Shown: piece after piece, positions 48,369 through 57,852 of the stretch | How the letters are laid out: each line of letters starts with the position of its first letter | How positions within the stretch are numbered: position 1 is the first letter of the stretch | Assembly (NCBI GenBank): GCA_033762915.1 | Contig: JANRLD010000032.1 | Location: 1 to 64,000, forward strand | Length of the DNA: 64,000 nt | Reading direction: 5' to 3' | DNA from: Meiothermus sp. | Lineage (GTDB): Bacteria > Deinococcota > Deinococci > Deinococcales > Thermaceae | Notes under the pieces: generated by a model | Databases searched by the model: none | The model's input: only the letters and a program-made list of their open reading frames with translations | Told to the model about the DNA's origin: nothing | Position numbers and translations under genes: made by a program

Positions 48369-48956
48369 CTATCCCGTCGCCACTTTCGACAAGACCTGCC
48401 GGCTCACCGCCTTCAGCGTCTCGAAAACGCCCGTCCCCTGGTTGGCCACGGCCTCGTACATGGGGAGCTTCATCTGGGGGTCTATTACCGCTTGGATCAT
48501 CTCCGTGGGCAGAGCGGAGGGGTCGTCGCGCTTATTGGCCTGGAGCACGATGGGGAGGTCGTTGGGCTTGATGCCGTACTCGGCCAGGTTCTCGTAGAGG
48601 TTGCGCATGCTCTCGGCGTTGGCCCGCAGGCGGTTGGGGGCGGAGTCGGCCACGAACACCAGGCCGTCCACCCCGCGCAAGATCAGCTTCCTCGAGGCGT
48701 TGTAAAACACCTGGCCGGGCACCGTGTAGAGGTGGAAGCGTGTCTTGAAGCCCTTGACCTCGCCGAGGTCTACGGGGAGAAAGTCGAAGAAGAGGGTGCG
48801 CTCGTCCTCGGTGGCCAGCGAGACCATCTCGCCCTTGCGGTTTCCGGGAACCTGCTGGAAGACCCACTTGAGGTTGGTGGTCTTGCCCGACATGCCGGGG
48901 CCGTAATACACGATCTTGAAGTTGATCTCTCGAGCGGCGAAGTTGATCGTACTCAT
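48369..48956 (-). CDS. mglA: Ras-like GTPase MglA
   Basis: [25 protein letters not shown] and NKRD motifs. Confidence 0.96.
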   Translation of the reverse strand: MSTINFAAREINFKIVYYGPGMSGKTTNLKWVFQQVPGNRKGEMVSLATEDERTLFFDFLPVDLGEVKGFKTRFHLYTVPGQVFYNASRKLILRGVDGLVFVADSAPNRLRANAESMRNLYENLAEYGIKPNDLPIVLQANKRDDPSALPTEMIQAVIDPQMKLPMYEAVANQGTGVFETLKAVSRQVLSKVATG

Positions 48957-48958
48957 GG

Positions 48959-49450
48959 CTATTTCCCGAAGAGTTCGTCCAGCAGGTCGGCGGCCTCGGC
49001 TTGGTAGCCTCGGTCAATGCCTAAGGTCTTTGGATCCACCAGGGCCTCCTTGGCGATGGCCTCGAGGCTCTGAGCCGACTTCTTGCCGAAGAGTTTGATG
49101 CGGCCCACCGGGGCGTCCTTGTCGAAGATCACCACCAGCAACGCCAGGTCGCCAACCTCCTCGGCGTAGATGCCGTACTGGCTGCCCTGGTGCAGCAACT
49201 CGTTGAACTTGGGTTCGCCCAGCATCTTGGCCAGGGCCTGGGTGGCGGCGGCGTTGGAGGCGATCAGGGTGGCCAGCGAGTCCAGGGCGGGGGGGCGGGG
49301 AGCCCAGAGGGCTTCCTTGTGCACTAATACGAAGCCCTTGCGGTCCAAGAGCAGTGCGTAGCGGGCGTTGCTTTCGCGCAGCATTTCCTCGAGCACCGCC
49401 GAGGCTTTCTCGTAGGTGGCACCGAAGAGCGCGAGGGCTGGCTCAACCAT
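48959..49450 (-). CDS. mglB: Roadblock/LC7 GAP MglB
   Basis: Roadblock-type sequence directly upstream of mglA. Confidence 0.92.
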   Translation of the reverse strand: MVEPALALFGATYEKASAVLEEMLRESNARYALLLDRKGFVLVHKEALWAPRPPALDSLATLIASNAAATQALAKMLGEPKFNELLHQGSQYGIYAEEVGDLALLVVIFDKDAPVGRIKLFGKKSAQSLEAIAKEALVDPKTLGIDRGYQAEAADLLDELFGK

Positions 49451-49467
49451 AGTAGATTAACTTTAGC

Positions 49468-50817
49468 ATGAACCCATTACCCCCCTCTGTGACAAATTAC
49501 GCCCGCGTAACGCTCGAACGCCTCGTGTCTTTGCCCACCGTCTCCGCCGAGGGCCGCGCCTTGCCCGAGACCGCCGCTCTGGTACGGGAATTGCTCGAGG
49601 AACTGGGCCTCGTAACGGAGCTGCACCCTACGGCGGGGGCCCCGGTGGTTTTCGCCCACAACACCCCCATTCGGGGGGGTGGGGCAAAGACCGTTCTTTT
49701 CTACAACCACTACGACGTGCAGCCCGCCGACCCCCTCGAGCTGTGGGAGTCCGACCCCTTCACCCTCACCGAGCGCGACGGGAAACTCTATGGGCGGGGC
49801 TCCACCGACGACAAGGGGGAGATCACCGCCCGGCTGGCCGCGCTCAGGTGGATAAAAGAGGAGCGGGGCGAGATTCCCTTCGGCGTAAAGTTCTGCATCG
49901 AGGGCGAGGAGGAGGTCGGCTCGCCCAACCTGGGGCGCTACGTCGAGGAGTACAAGCAATCCCTGAAGGCCGACGCGGTGCTGTGGGAGGCCGGGGGGGT
50001 CACGGCGGAGGGAGATCCGGCGATTTACTGCGGGCTGAAGGGGATCGTGGGCCTCGAGCTGCGCTGCAAGATCGCGGCTTTTGACCTGCACAGTGCCAAT
50101 GGAGCCATCGTACAGAACCCGCTCTACCGGCTTGCGGCGGCAGTGGCGAGCCTGCGCGACAAGGATGGGCGGGTGTTGGTCAAGGGCTTTTACGACCGGG
50201 TAAGGCCGCTGACCGAACTCGAGCAGGAAATGATCGCCCGCGTGCCCGACGAGTCCCCGAAACTTAAACAGACCTACGGCCTGGAGAGCTTCCTGGGCGG
50301 GGCGACGGGTCTCGAGGTGAACCGCCGCTACATCGCCGAGCCGGCCCTGAACATCAACGGCTTCCACGGCGGCTACGGCGGACCCGGCTCCAAGACCGTG
50401 CTGCCTGCCGAGGGCCTGGTGAAGATGGACATCCGCCTGGTGCCCGACCAGGACCCCTCGGAGGTGGCCGAGCTGGTTCAGGCCCACCTGACCGAGCACG
50501 GCTTTGACGACATCGAGCTGATCCGCGCCGAGTTCGGCGAGCCCCCGGCCAGGAGCGACCTGGCCTCGAGCTGGGTGCGGGTGGGCATCGAGGCTGCCCG
50601 CGAGGTCTACGGGCGCGAGCCGGTCGTCTACCCCAACATGGCCGGTTCGGGGCCGATGCACCCCTTCGTCCATCACCTCGGTGCACCCGTGATCGGGCTA
50701 GGATGCGGCTACCCCGGCAGCCGCATCCACAGCCCCAACGAGCACGTGGTGATCCAGAACTTTCACAACGGCATCGCCGCCATCAAACGGGCGCTCGAGA
50801 AGTTCGCCGAGATCTAA
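49468..50817 (+). CDS. M20/M25/M40 metallopeptidase
   Basis: YNHYDVQP, GRGSTDDKG, EGEEEVGS and HSPNE motifs. Confidence 0.94.
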   Translation: MNPLPPSVTNYARVTLERLVSLPTVSAEGRALPETAALVRELLEELGLVTELHPTAGAPVVFAHNTPIRGGGAKTVLFYNHYDVQPADPLELWESDPFTLTERDGKLYGRGSTDDKGEITARLAALRWIKEERGEIPFGVKFCIEGEEEVGSPNLGRYVEEYKQSLKADAVLWEAGGVTAEGDPAIYCGLKGIVGLELRCKIAAFDLHSANGAIVQNPLYRLAAAVASLRDKDGRVLVKGFYDRVRPLTELEQEMIARVPDESPKLKQTYGLESFLGGATGLEVNRRYIAEPALNINGFHGGYGGPGSKTVLPAEGLVKMDIRLVPDQDPSEVAELVQAHLTEHGFDDIELIRAEFGEPPARSDLASSWVRVGIEAAREVYGREPVVYPNMAGSGPMHPFVHHLGAPVIGLGCGYPGSRIHSPNEHVVIQNFHNGIAAIKRALEKFAEI

Positions 50818-51007
50818 AACCGGCGGCGACAGAGTGGGCCGGGTTGCCCTTTCCGGAGTGGCTTCTCTGGGTGTTTCAGTACACACCGAATCTTGTGGGG
50901 GCGGCTTTAGTGCTTTGCTGTGCGGGGCCTAAGGGTGGGAACCGCTGCCGGTACAAATAAAGAGAAAGGCCCAGAAAAGCCTGGGCCTGGGGGTTTGCTC
51001 GAGGCGG

Positions 51008-51364
51008 CTACTTGACCGACTTGAAGTAGGCCAGCATGTCAGCGAGGTCTTGGTCGGTAGGAGGCTTGCCGCTGGGGCGAAGGTTGGTCTTGCTCCACAC
51101 CGGCATGGGAGCCTTGAGGGTTTTGGCGGGGGTCACGCCCTCCATCATGGCCTTCTTAAACACCTCGAAGGTCCACTTGGTCACCTCGCTCTTGGCACCG
51201 GCTAGCGCGGGGCCAAGCCCGCCCGCACCCGCTGCGCCGTGGCAGCCCATGCAGTTTTGGGTATAGAGCTGGGTGCCGTTCGCCACGTTGCCCGTGGGGG
51301 CAGCCACCACCAGCGCACCGAGAAGACCAAGGGCCACGACGCCTGATATCAAACTTTTTTTCAT
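51008..51364 (-). CDS. Periplasmic monoheme cytochrome c
   Basis: Signal peptide, CMGCH, distal Met (PMP). Confidence 0.9.
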   Translation of the reverse strand: MKKSLISGVVALGLLGALVVAAPTGNVANGTQLYTQNCMGCHGAAGAGGLGPALAGAKSEVTKWTFEVFKKAMMEGVTPAKTLKAPMPVWSKTNLRPSGKPPTDQDLADMLAYFKSVK

Positions 51365-51568
51365 ATACATTAAAACTTTATTGTCTTAGATTAAAGTTGC
51401 ATGAGTACGCCCTGATGTCTTGGCTGGTGTGCGGATAGCTGTGGAATGTCCCTCCGAGACGTGGCCCGGGCCATAGGGTCTGCCCAGAACCTTCGCTTTC
51501 GCGCACTGCCAAACCTGTGCACGGATTATTCCCCTTAATCCCGGAATTATGCTGCTACAATAAGCGCC

Positions 51569-52219
51569 GTGAGCGAAGTCTGGGAATTGTTGAGTGCTCC
51601 CTTTGCGCCAGGGGAGCTAGATTGGCGGCTCGAGCGCCTTTCGCCCGACCGCAGGCGGGCGCTGCTGGTGCCGAGGGTTGAGCCGAGGGTTCTGCTCGAG
51701 CGCCTCGACGAAGCGGCGGGTACCGAGGGCTGGCAGGACAGCTACGAGCTGCTGCTCAACGGCCCCGACCGCTACGCCGTCAAGTGCCGCCTGACCGTCG
51801 GGAAGGTCTCTAAGGAAGACCTGGGCGAGGCCGACCGGCTGCGCGACGCTTTCACCGAGGCGCTGTGGCGGGCTGCCTACAAGTTCGGGGTGGGGCGCTA
51901 CGCCGCCCCCAGTTGGGTAGACCACGACCCCGCCACGGGCCGCTACGAGAAGCCGGTAGGTGCCGCGACTTCGGCAGAGGGAACTTTCGAATCCACCCTG
52001 CCGGAATTGCCCCAGCAAGAACCGCCCGCCCCGCCCCCCGAACCCCCCAAGCCCGAGCCCCAGGCCCTGATCGACGGTCTGATGGAGGAGCTGCGCTCCA
52101 AGGGCATGGGTAAGGAGGCCGCCAGGGTGATCAGCAGGTACGGCGGCTACGGCAAGAACATCGACGAGATGCGCAAGGTCTATGCCGAGCTGAAGGCCAT
52201 CCTTAAGGGGACCACGTGA
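51569..52219 (+). CDS. Rad52/Rad22 family ssDNA-annealing protein (DdrA-like)
   Basis: L.APF...ELDWR, ERLDE..G..GW, VKCRLTV and AL.RAA.KFGVGRY motifs. Confidence 0.8.
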   Translation: MSEVWELLSAPFAPGELDWRLERLSPDRRRALLVPRVEPRVLLERLDEAAGTEGWQDSYELLLNGPDRYAVKCRLTVGKVSKEDLGEADRLRDAFTEALWRAAYKFGVGRYAAPSWVDHDPATGRYEKPVGAATSAEGTFESTLPELPQQEPPAPPPEPPKPEPQALIDGLMEELRSKGMGKEAARVISRYGGYGKNIDEMRKVYAELKAILKGTT

Positions 52220-52965
52220 TCAAGGTTATCGCCATCGGCGACCTCCACGCCGACTTCGCCAAGCTCTGGCGGGCGCTCAAGAACTCCTACGCGGTGGGTG
52301 ACGATCTGATGCCCACCGACCCCCTTCGGCGCGGCAGCTATCGGGTGGTGCTGATCGGAGACCTGGTACACCCCAAGCTGCTGGCCGACTACCGGAAGCT
52401 GACCGGCCTCGAGGACTACGACCCCTCCAACCCTGAGCACCTCCGCATCGCCGCCCGCGCCCAGATTCGTGAGCTCAATCGCATCAAGCGCTTCCAGGAG
52501 GCCGCCCCCGAGCACATCACCATCCTGATGGGCAACCACGACCACGCGGTTGTCACCAATGCCTTTGTGCTGGGCAACGCCCACCTCGAGCACAAGGAGT
52601 TTCACCCCGAGCTTGGCGGCGTGGAGATGCCCGAGGAGCTGAAGAACTGGATGGCCGCCTTCCCCGCCCAGATCAACCTCCACGGCGTCAACTTCTCCCA
52701 CGTCGGCCCCGTCCCCTGGCTCCAGACCTACGACGACATGTTCTACAGCGGGCGCGAGGCCAAAGAGTGGTGGATCAACAACGCCGACTACGTCGAGCGC
52801 ATGGGCCACAAGTTCGGCGTCTACGGCCATACCGTGATGAAGAACGGGATACTCATCAAGGACAAGCTGGCCCTGATCGACGCGCTGGATCATGACCAGT
52901 ACCTCGAGCTGATCCTCGACGACGAGGGCGTGGACTGGGAGATCATGCAGATTCCCGGCAGGTGA
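52216..52965 (+). CDS. Calcineurin-like metallophosphoesterase
   Basis: GDLH, GDLV, GNHD and GHT motifs; GTGA overlap with the upstream gene. Confidence 0.9.
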   Translation: MIKVIAIGDLHADFAKLWRALKNSYAVGDDLMPTDPLRRGSYRVVLIGDLVHPKLLADYRKLTGLEDYDPSNPEHLRIAARAQIRELNRIKRFQEAAPEHITILMGNHDHAVVTNAFVLGNAHLEHKEFHPELGGVEMPEELKNWMAAFPAQINLHGVNFSHVGPVPWLQTYDDMFYSGREAKEWWINNADYVERMGHKFGVYGHTVMKNGILIKDKLALIDALDHDQYLELILDDEGVDWEIMQIPGR

Positions 52966-53028
52966 GCAGGAGAGCGGAGGAGCAGGGGAGAAAGGCTCGA
53001 GGGTAAAAGGCTCGAGGCTTAACATAAG

Positions 53029-53147
53029 GTGCGCCATAGTGAGCTTGCGAAACCCTCCACGCGACAGGGGCATCGAGCGGCTCAACGGTGCAATTCCCTA
53101 ATGTGCTGCCGGGTGGCACTTCGAATTTCAACTATGGAGACACTGAG
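53029..53147 (-). repeat. Dispersed repeat copy
   Basis: Reverse complement CTCAGTGTCTCCATAGTTGAAATTCGAAGTGCCAC...GGGAATTG...CACTATGGCGC. Confidence 0.7.
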
Positions 53148-53282
53148 CTACTGCTCATTCAAGCCCCAAGCCGACGAGACAAGTTTTAAGTTTTACAGTG
53201 CATTGTATCAGGTTTTTGCGTGAGTGACTGTGTTTCTCATGCGCACAAAAAACGAAGTTTCTACTACACTGGTTAGTGCTGT

Positions 53283-53639
53283 ATGAGAAAACCACGACGC
53301 AGTAAGACCATCACCCTGCTCGCCACCGCCACCGCTGCCCTCACCCTGGTGGCTTGCGACTACAACCGCCCCGACGGGGCGCGGTACACAAGCTACCAGG
53401 AGTGCATCCAGGAGTGGAGCGAAGATTACTGCGAGGACGGGCAGGACGGCTACTACTACTCCCACTACTACTACTCGGGGGGTCACGTGTACGGCTTCAG
53501 CCGCCGCACCAAGGGCTACAGCCTGGTGCCCAGCTCCGCCGGGGTCTACCGCAACCCTGGCATGGCCCCTAGCCGCGCCAGCAGCGTCCGCACCGGCGGT
53601 TTCGGCAGCTCGGCCCGTGGCGTCTCGCTGGGGGGCTGA
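53283..53639 (+). CDS. YgiB/DUF1190-like lipoprotein
   Basis: LVAC lipobox; Y.S..EC; C-terminal RTGGFGSSAR; precedes a YgiC-like gene. Confidence 0.75.
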   Translation: MRKPRRSKTITLLATATAALTLVACDYNRPDGARYTSYQECIQEWSEDYCEDGQDGYYYSHYYYSGGHVYGFSRRTKGYSLVPSSAGVYRNPGMAPSRASSVRTGGFGSSARGVSLGG

Positions 53640-53642
53640 GGG

Positions 53643-54800
53643 ATGCGGCGCTACCCCTCGCAACCCCGCCCCGGCTGGCAGCGCAAGGTCGAGGCGCTGG
53701 GCTTCGACTTCCACACCCACACCCAGGTCAGCCCGCCGGTGGAGTACTGGAACGAAGAGGCTTGCTACATCTTCACTGTCGAGGAGATAGACCGCCTTGA
53801 GGAGGACACCGCCCAGCTGCACCAGATGTGTCTCCAGGCAGTCGATCACGTGGTCTCGAGGGAGCGCTACGCCGAGCTGGGCATCCCCAGCGCCTTCTGG
53901 CCCCTGATCCAAGAGAGCTGGCGCGCGCGGGAGTTCTCGCTGTACGGGCGCTTTGATCTGGCCTACGACCAGGGCCAGCGCCCCAAGCTGCTGGAGTACA
54001 ACGCCGACACCCCCACCAGCCTTATTGAGGCGGCGGTGGTGCAGTGGTTCTGGAAGGAGGAGGTCTGGCCGGAGTTCGACCAGTGGAACCGCCTGCACGA
54101 GGCCCTGATCGAGACCTGGCAGACCCTGCCCGCCGCCCTGACCCACTTCTCCTACTTCGCCGACTCCCTCGAGGACAAGCGCACGGTCGAGTACCTGGCC
54201 GATACCGCCACCCAGGCCGGCCACTCTTGCAAGGTGCTGCCCATCGAGCAGGTTGGCTGGGACGGCGCCAAGCTGTACTTCACCGACGAGCAGGACGAGC
54301 GCATCGGGCGGATGTTCAAGCTCTACCCCTGGGAGTGGTGGGTTCACGAGGCCTTCGGGCAGCACCTCCTCTCCAAGACCTTCCAGCCCATCGAACCGGC
54401 CTGGAAGATGATTCTTTCGAATAAGGGCATCCTGGCGGTGCTCTGGGAGCTCTTCCCCGGCCACCCCAACCTGCTGCCCAGCTTCTTCGATCCCTCCAGG
54501 CTCTCCGGCGAGGTCATCCGCAAGCCGCTGCTCTCCCGCGAGGGGGCCAACGTCAGCCTCCTCACCCCCAGCCTGGGGATGGGCACGCCCGACACCAAGC
54601 TGCTCGAGACCCTCGGCCCCTACGGCGAGGAGGGCCACGTCTACCAGGAGTTCTGGCCGCTGCCACAGTTCGACGGCCAGCGCCCCGTGGTAGGCTCTTG
54701 GATCATCGGCGACGAGCCCGCCGGGATGGGTGTCCGCGAGGACCCCAGCCTGATCACCCAGAACACCTCGAGGTTCGTCCCCCACATTATCGAGGCCTAG
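53643..54800 (+). CDS. Glutathionylspermidine synthase-like ATP-grasp ligase (YgiC/YjfC family)
   Basis: YWNE, LYGRFD, KLLEYNADTPTSL, FKLYPWE, KPLLSREGAN and SRFVPH motifs. Confidence 0.93.
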   Translation: MRRYPSQPRPGWQRKVEALGFDFHTHTQVSPPVEYWNEEACYIFTVEEIDRLEEDTAQLHQMCLQAVDHVVSRERYAELGIPSAFWPLIQESWRAREFSLYGRFDLAYDQGQRPKLLEYNADTPTSLIEAAVVQWFWKEEVWPEFDQWNRLHEALIETWQTLPAALTHFSYFADSLEDKRTVEYLADTATQAGHSCKVLPIEQVGWDGAKLYFTDEQDERIGRMFKLYPWEWWVHEAFGQHLLSKTFQPIEPAWKMILSNKGILAVLWELFPGHPNLLPSFFDPSRLSGEVIRKPLLSREGANVSLLTPSLGMGTPDTKLLETLGPYGEEGHVYQEFWPLPQFDGQRPVVGSWIIGDEPAGMGVREDPSLITQNTSRFVPHIIEA

Positions 54801-54801
54801 C

Positions 54802-55797
54802 GTGAACACGACCACCGACAACGTCGACTTTATCCGCTTCTACGCCCCCCAGGTGGGCCTAATCACCCTGGCGCTGCTGGCCCTGCTGACCACCCTGGTG
54901 GTCGGCCTCAAGCGGCGCTACGGCCACATCCGCCCAATCCTGATAGACATCCTTGATGGCGGAGACACCCAGACCCCGGCGGCGGCCTGGGGGGTGCGCT
55001 TCCTGGCCTTCCTGACCATCGCCAGCGTGCTGGCGCTGATCCTCGAGACCGAGCCGGGCATATACCTTTCCTATGGCGGGGTCCTGATCAGCGTGGAGGT
55101 CTTTGCATTAAGCTTTTTCACCCTCGAGCTGATCCTGCGCCTGTGGCTGGCTCCGGAAATCCAGAACGAGCCCAACCGCTGGCGGGCTATGCTGCGCTAC
55201 CTGACCAGCCCGCTGGGCATCATAGACCTGCTGACGGTAATCCCCGGCTGGCTGTTCTTCTTCCCCGGCTCCGAGCAGTTCGCGGCGGTGCGGGTGCTGC
55301 GGCTGCTGCGGCTGTTCAAGCTGGGCCAGTACGCCCAGGCCATTAACCTGCTCGACGACGTGATCCGCCAGAAGCGAAGCCTGCTGCTGGCCACGGTGGG
55401 GCTGGCCTTCATGCTCTTGGTGGGGGTCAGCACCCTAATGTTCATGCTCGAGGGCTCGCTCCAGCCCGAGCGGATGGGCTCGATTCCCCAGACCCTGTGG
55501 TGGGGCGTGGTCACGATGGCCACCATCGGCTACGGCGACGTGGTACCCATTACCCCGGCGGGCAAGGCCCTGTCGGGGCTGATGGCTTTCGTGGGGATCG
55601 GGCTGTTCGCCCTGCCCACCGCCATTCTGGCCACGGGGCTGCTCGAGGTGGCCCAGCAAAAACGCCAGACCGACGACCCCTGCTACCAGGCCCTGAAGGC
55701 GCTCAAGCAGGCTCAGGAGGAGGGGCGTCTCGAGGCCGACGGACCCCTCTGGCAGCAGGCCCAAGAAGCGCTTGAGAAGCACCAGAGCAAGGCCTAA
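54802..55797 (+). CDS. Voltage-gated-type potassium channel
   Basis: S4 segment RVLRLLRLFK; selectivity filter TMATIGYGD. Confidence 0.92.
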   Translation: MNTTTDNVDFIRFYAPQVGLITLALLALLTTLVVGLKRRYGHIRPILIDILDGGDTQTPAAAWGVRFLAFLTIASVLALILETEPGIYLSYGGVLISVEVFALSFFTLELILRLWLAPEIQNEPNRWRAMLRYLTSPLGIIDLLTVIPGWLFFFPGSEQFAAVRVLRLLRLFKLGQYAQAINLLDDVIRQKRSLLLATVGLAFMLLVGVSTLMFMLEGSLQPERMGSIPQTLWWGVVTMATIGYGDVVPITPAGKALSGLMAFVGIGLFALPTAILATGLLEVAQQKRQTDDPCYQALKALKQAQEEGRLEADGPLWQQAQEALEKHQSKA

Positions 55798-56115
55798 CCT
55801 CACAACTACTGCCCAAGCGCAGCCGATGGGGGCTTGGAGTGCCGGCGGCCGCTCACAGCGGCCCGTGTGCTCGAGGTGCTGTAGGTGACCCGCAGTTGGG
55901 GCATGTGCACGAAGCCCGCCTCGCAGGTAAAGCCCGTGGTCGGAGTTGGGAATCTCCGCCAAGCCTCGGATGCTGCCCTGCGGACCTGAATGCGTCGGGC
56001 GGGTAGTCAGCGGCGAGGCTCGAGTTGACCTCGAGGGTCTGTACCCCGCTACAGCTCTGATTGTCTGCGCCCTAAACCCATGCGGACAACAGGGATCAGA
56101 CAGTTTTCGCGGTCC

Positions 56116-56276
56116 CTAAGCGTCTGCATAGTTGCCATGCGAAATGTCGCCCGCCAGCTCCCCCGTAGGGAATTGTGCCCCGGGTAGCCGCTCCGCGGCT
56201 ATGGCGCACGCCACTCCGCCCTGGCAGGTATTTTCCGCTTCTGCCGACTGCGTACTTCTACCCAGGCGCAACTTAT
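56116..56276 (+). repeat. Dispersed MITE-like repeat, most complete copy
   Basis: CTAAGCGTCTGCATAGTTGC...CCCAGGCGCAACTTAT. Confidence 0.85.
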
Positions 56277-56413
56277 AACCCCAATTGAGTACGGGCTTTG
56301 GCCGCGCCAGCGGGAGCCCCGCCACTGGGCTCCTGCCGGTTCTTGTGCGGTTCGCAATTGCTGCAAAGGTAAAGGGATATACTTGCCTCGAGGATTGGAG
56401 GCGACCTGTGGAG

Positions 56414-57304
56414 ATGATTTTTTGGTTCGGCGGGATTCTGGGGGCCTTGCTGGTGGCGGTCGGGCTGTTCATGCTAACCCAGCGCTCGAGGGCCGCCGGG
56501 TGGGTTTTGCTGGCCGGCCTGGTGCTGGGCGGTCTGCTGGTTCCGGCACTGGGCCTGTACCGCGATACCCAGGCGTACCTGATCACCGGCCTGGTGGGTG
56601 TGGGGCTGCTGGTGCTGGGTGTCCTGTTCGGGAGCCGGCTGCGCCGCTTCGGCCCGGCCCTGGTCGGCCTGGGATTGGTGCTGGCGACCTTCCTGCTGCC
56701 TCACTTCCGCCTGACTCAGCCCTGGAACACTAACCCCATGGCGCTAATCAGCGGAAACCCGGCCAGTGGACCGGTCACCGGTATCCAGCCCACCGAGCCT
56801 GCCCCGCTGACCCCGCCCGCCGACCCCAATACTCCGGCCCCGGCAACGGACCCCAGCGCCCCCGCTGACCCCACCACACCCGCCCTGCCCGAGCAGTCCA
56901 CCCTCCCTACCGACCCGTCCAGCCCGCCCCCGGCGCAGCCCGTCCAGCCCCCGGCGACCGGCGATACCGGACTTGCCCAGCCCGCTCAGCCCGGAGACAC
57001 CTCCACCGTGGCGCCCGCTCAGCCTGTCGCCCCCAGCGCCCCCAACCAGCCGGTAGGAGCGGTGGAGAGCAACCAGCTCTGCCCCTGCGTGGTGCGGGTC
57101 TCCACTGGCATCAGCGACGCCACGGTGGTGCTGAGTAAGGACGGGCGGGAACTCTCGAGGCAGACCGGCGCACAGGTGGTCTTCAGCAATCTCGAGATGG
57201 GCGCGTACAGCCTGAGCGTCGGGGCGTTGGGCCATCAGACGTTCACCACCCCGCTGCAGGTGTCCAACAACAAGGATTTGACGGTGTACCTGCTCCGTCA
57301 GTAG
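56414..57304 (+). CDS. Membrane protein: 4 TM, Pro/Thr-rich linker, C-terminal PEGA-like domain
   Basis: Hydrophobic N-terminus; PA/PT-rich linker; VVFSNLEMGAYSLSV. Confidence 0.75.
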   Translation: MIFWFGGILGALLVAVGLFMLTQRSRAAGWVLLAGLVLGGLLVPALGLYRDTQAYLITGLVGVGLLVLGVLFGSRLRRFGPALVGLGLVLATFLLPHFRLTQPWNTNPMALISGNPASGPVTGIQPTEPAPLTPPADPNTPAPATDPSAPADPTTPALPEQSTLPTDPSSPPPAQPVQPPATGDTGLAQPAQPGDTSTVAPAQPVAPSAPNQPVGAVESNQLCPCVVRVSTGISDATVVLSKDGRELSRQTGAQVVFSNLEMGAYSLSVGALGHQTFTTPLQVSNNKDLTVYLLRQ

Positions 57305-57340
57305 CAAACGCGCCGAGCGTCGAGGTTCGGAGCCGAACCA

Positions 57341-57454
57341 AATGCGTCTCCATAGTTGAAATTCAAGATGCCACTGGCCAACTCCCGCGTGGAATAGTGT
57401 CAGGCACGTGTTTATCGTATTCTCTGATTCCACACTTCCACCCTAGCGCAACTC
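57341..57454 (+). repeat. Dispersed repeat copy
   Basis: GCGTCTCCATAGTTGAAATT...GCCAACTCCCGC...CACTTCCACCCTAGCGCAACT. Confidence 0.75.
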
Positions 57455-57750
57455 ATCGCATTTCCCACCAGTACCTCCCTCGCGGCGGTAATGTACTCCT
57501 TACAGCAAAAACTGCTGAAGGGAGTATGTGTGGGAACCACTTACAGCGCTTCGCGAGCTGATTCCTGCGACCAGGACCTTGCAGCCCAGTGATCGAAATC
57601 CGCTGTAAGGGTTCGTCTGGCGAGCAATATTGCGCTAGCGTGACTCCCTGGGGGATAGCCTCTGGTGCGGGTTTGCCGCGTTCGCCGGCTTCGAAAAGCT
57701 TTCCCAGCGTTTGTCACGGCGCGCTAGTCTCGAGTCAAGGTCAGGGACCA

Positions 57751-57852
57751 AAGTTGCGCCAGAGTGAGTCGGCGAGGTCAGAGGGGCAACAGAAAACTCC
57801 CTACCGGCGTTTCGGAGCGCCATCTCGCAGCTCAACTGTTCTCGACACCTAG
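57751..57852 (-). repeat. Dispersed repeat copy
   Basis: Reverse complement CTAGGTGTCGAGAACAGTTGAGCTGCGAGATGGCGC...CTCTGGCGCAACTT. Confidence 0.65.

Noticed and set aside
51546..51562. RDRM (DdrO) site before the Rad52-like gene (TTATGCTGCTACAATAA)
   Set aside because: Lacks the conserved C of the right half-site and is explained by the -10 box TACAAT.
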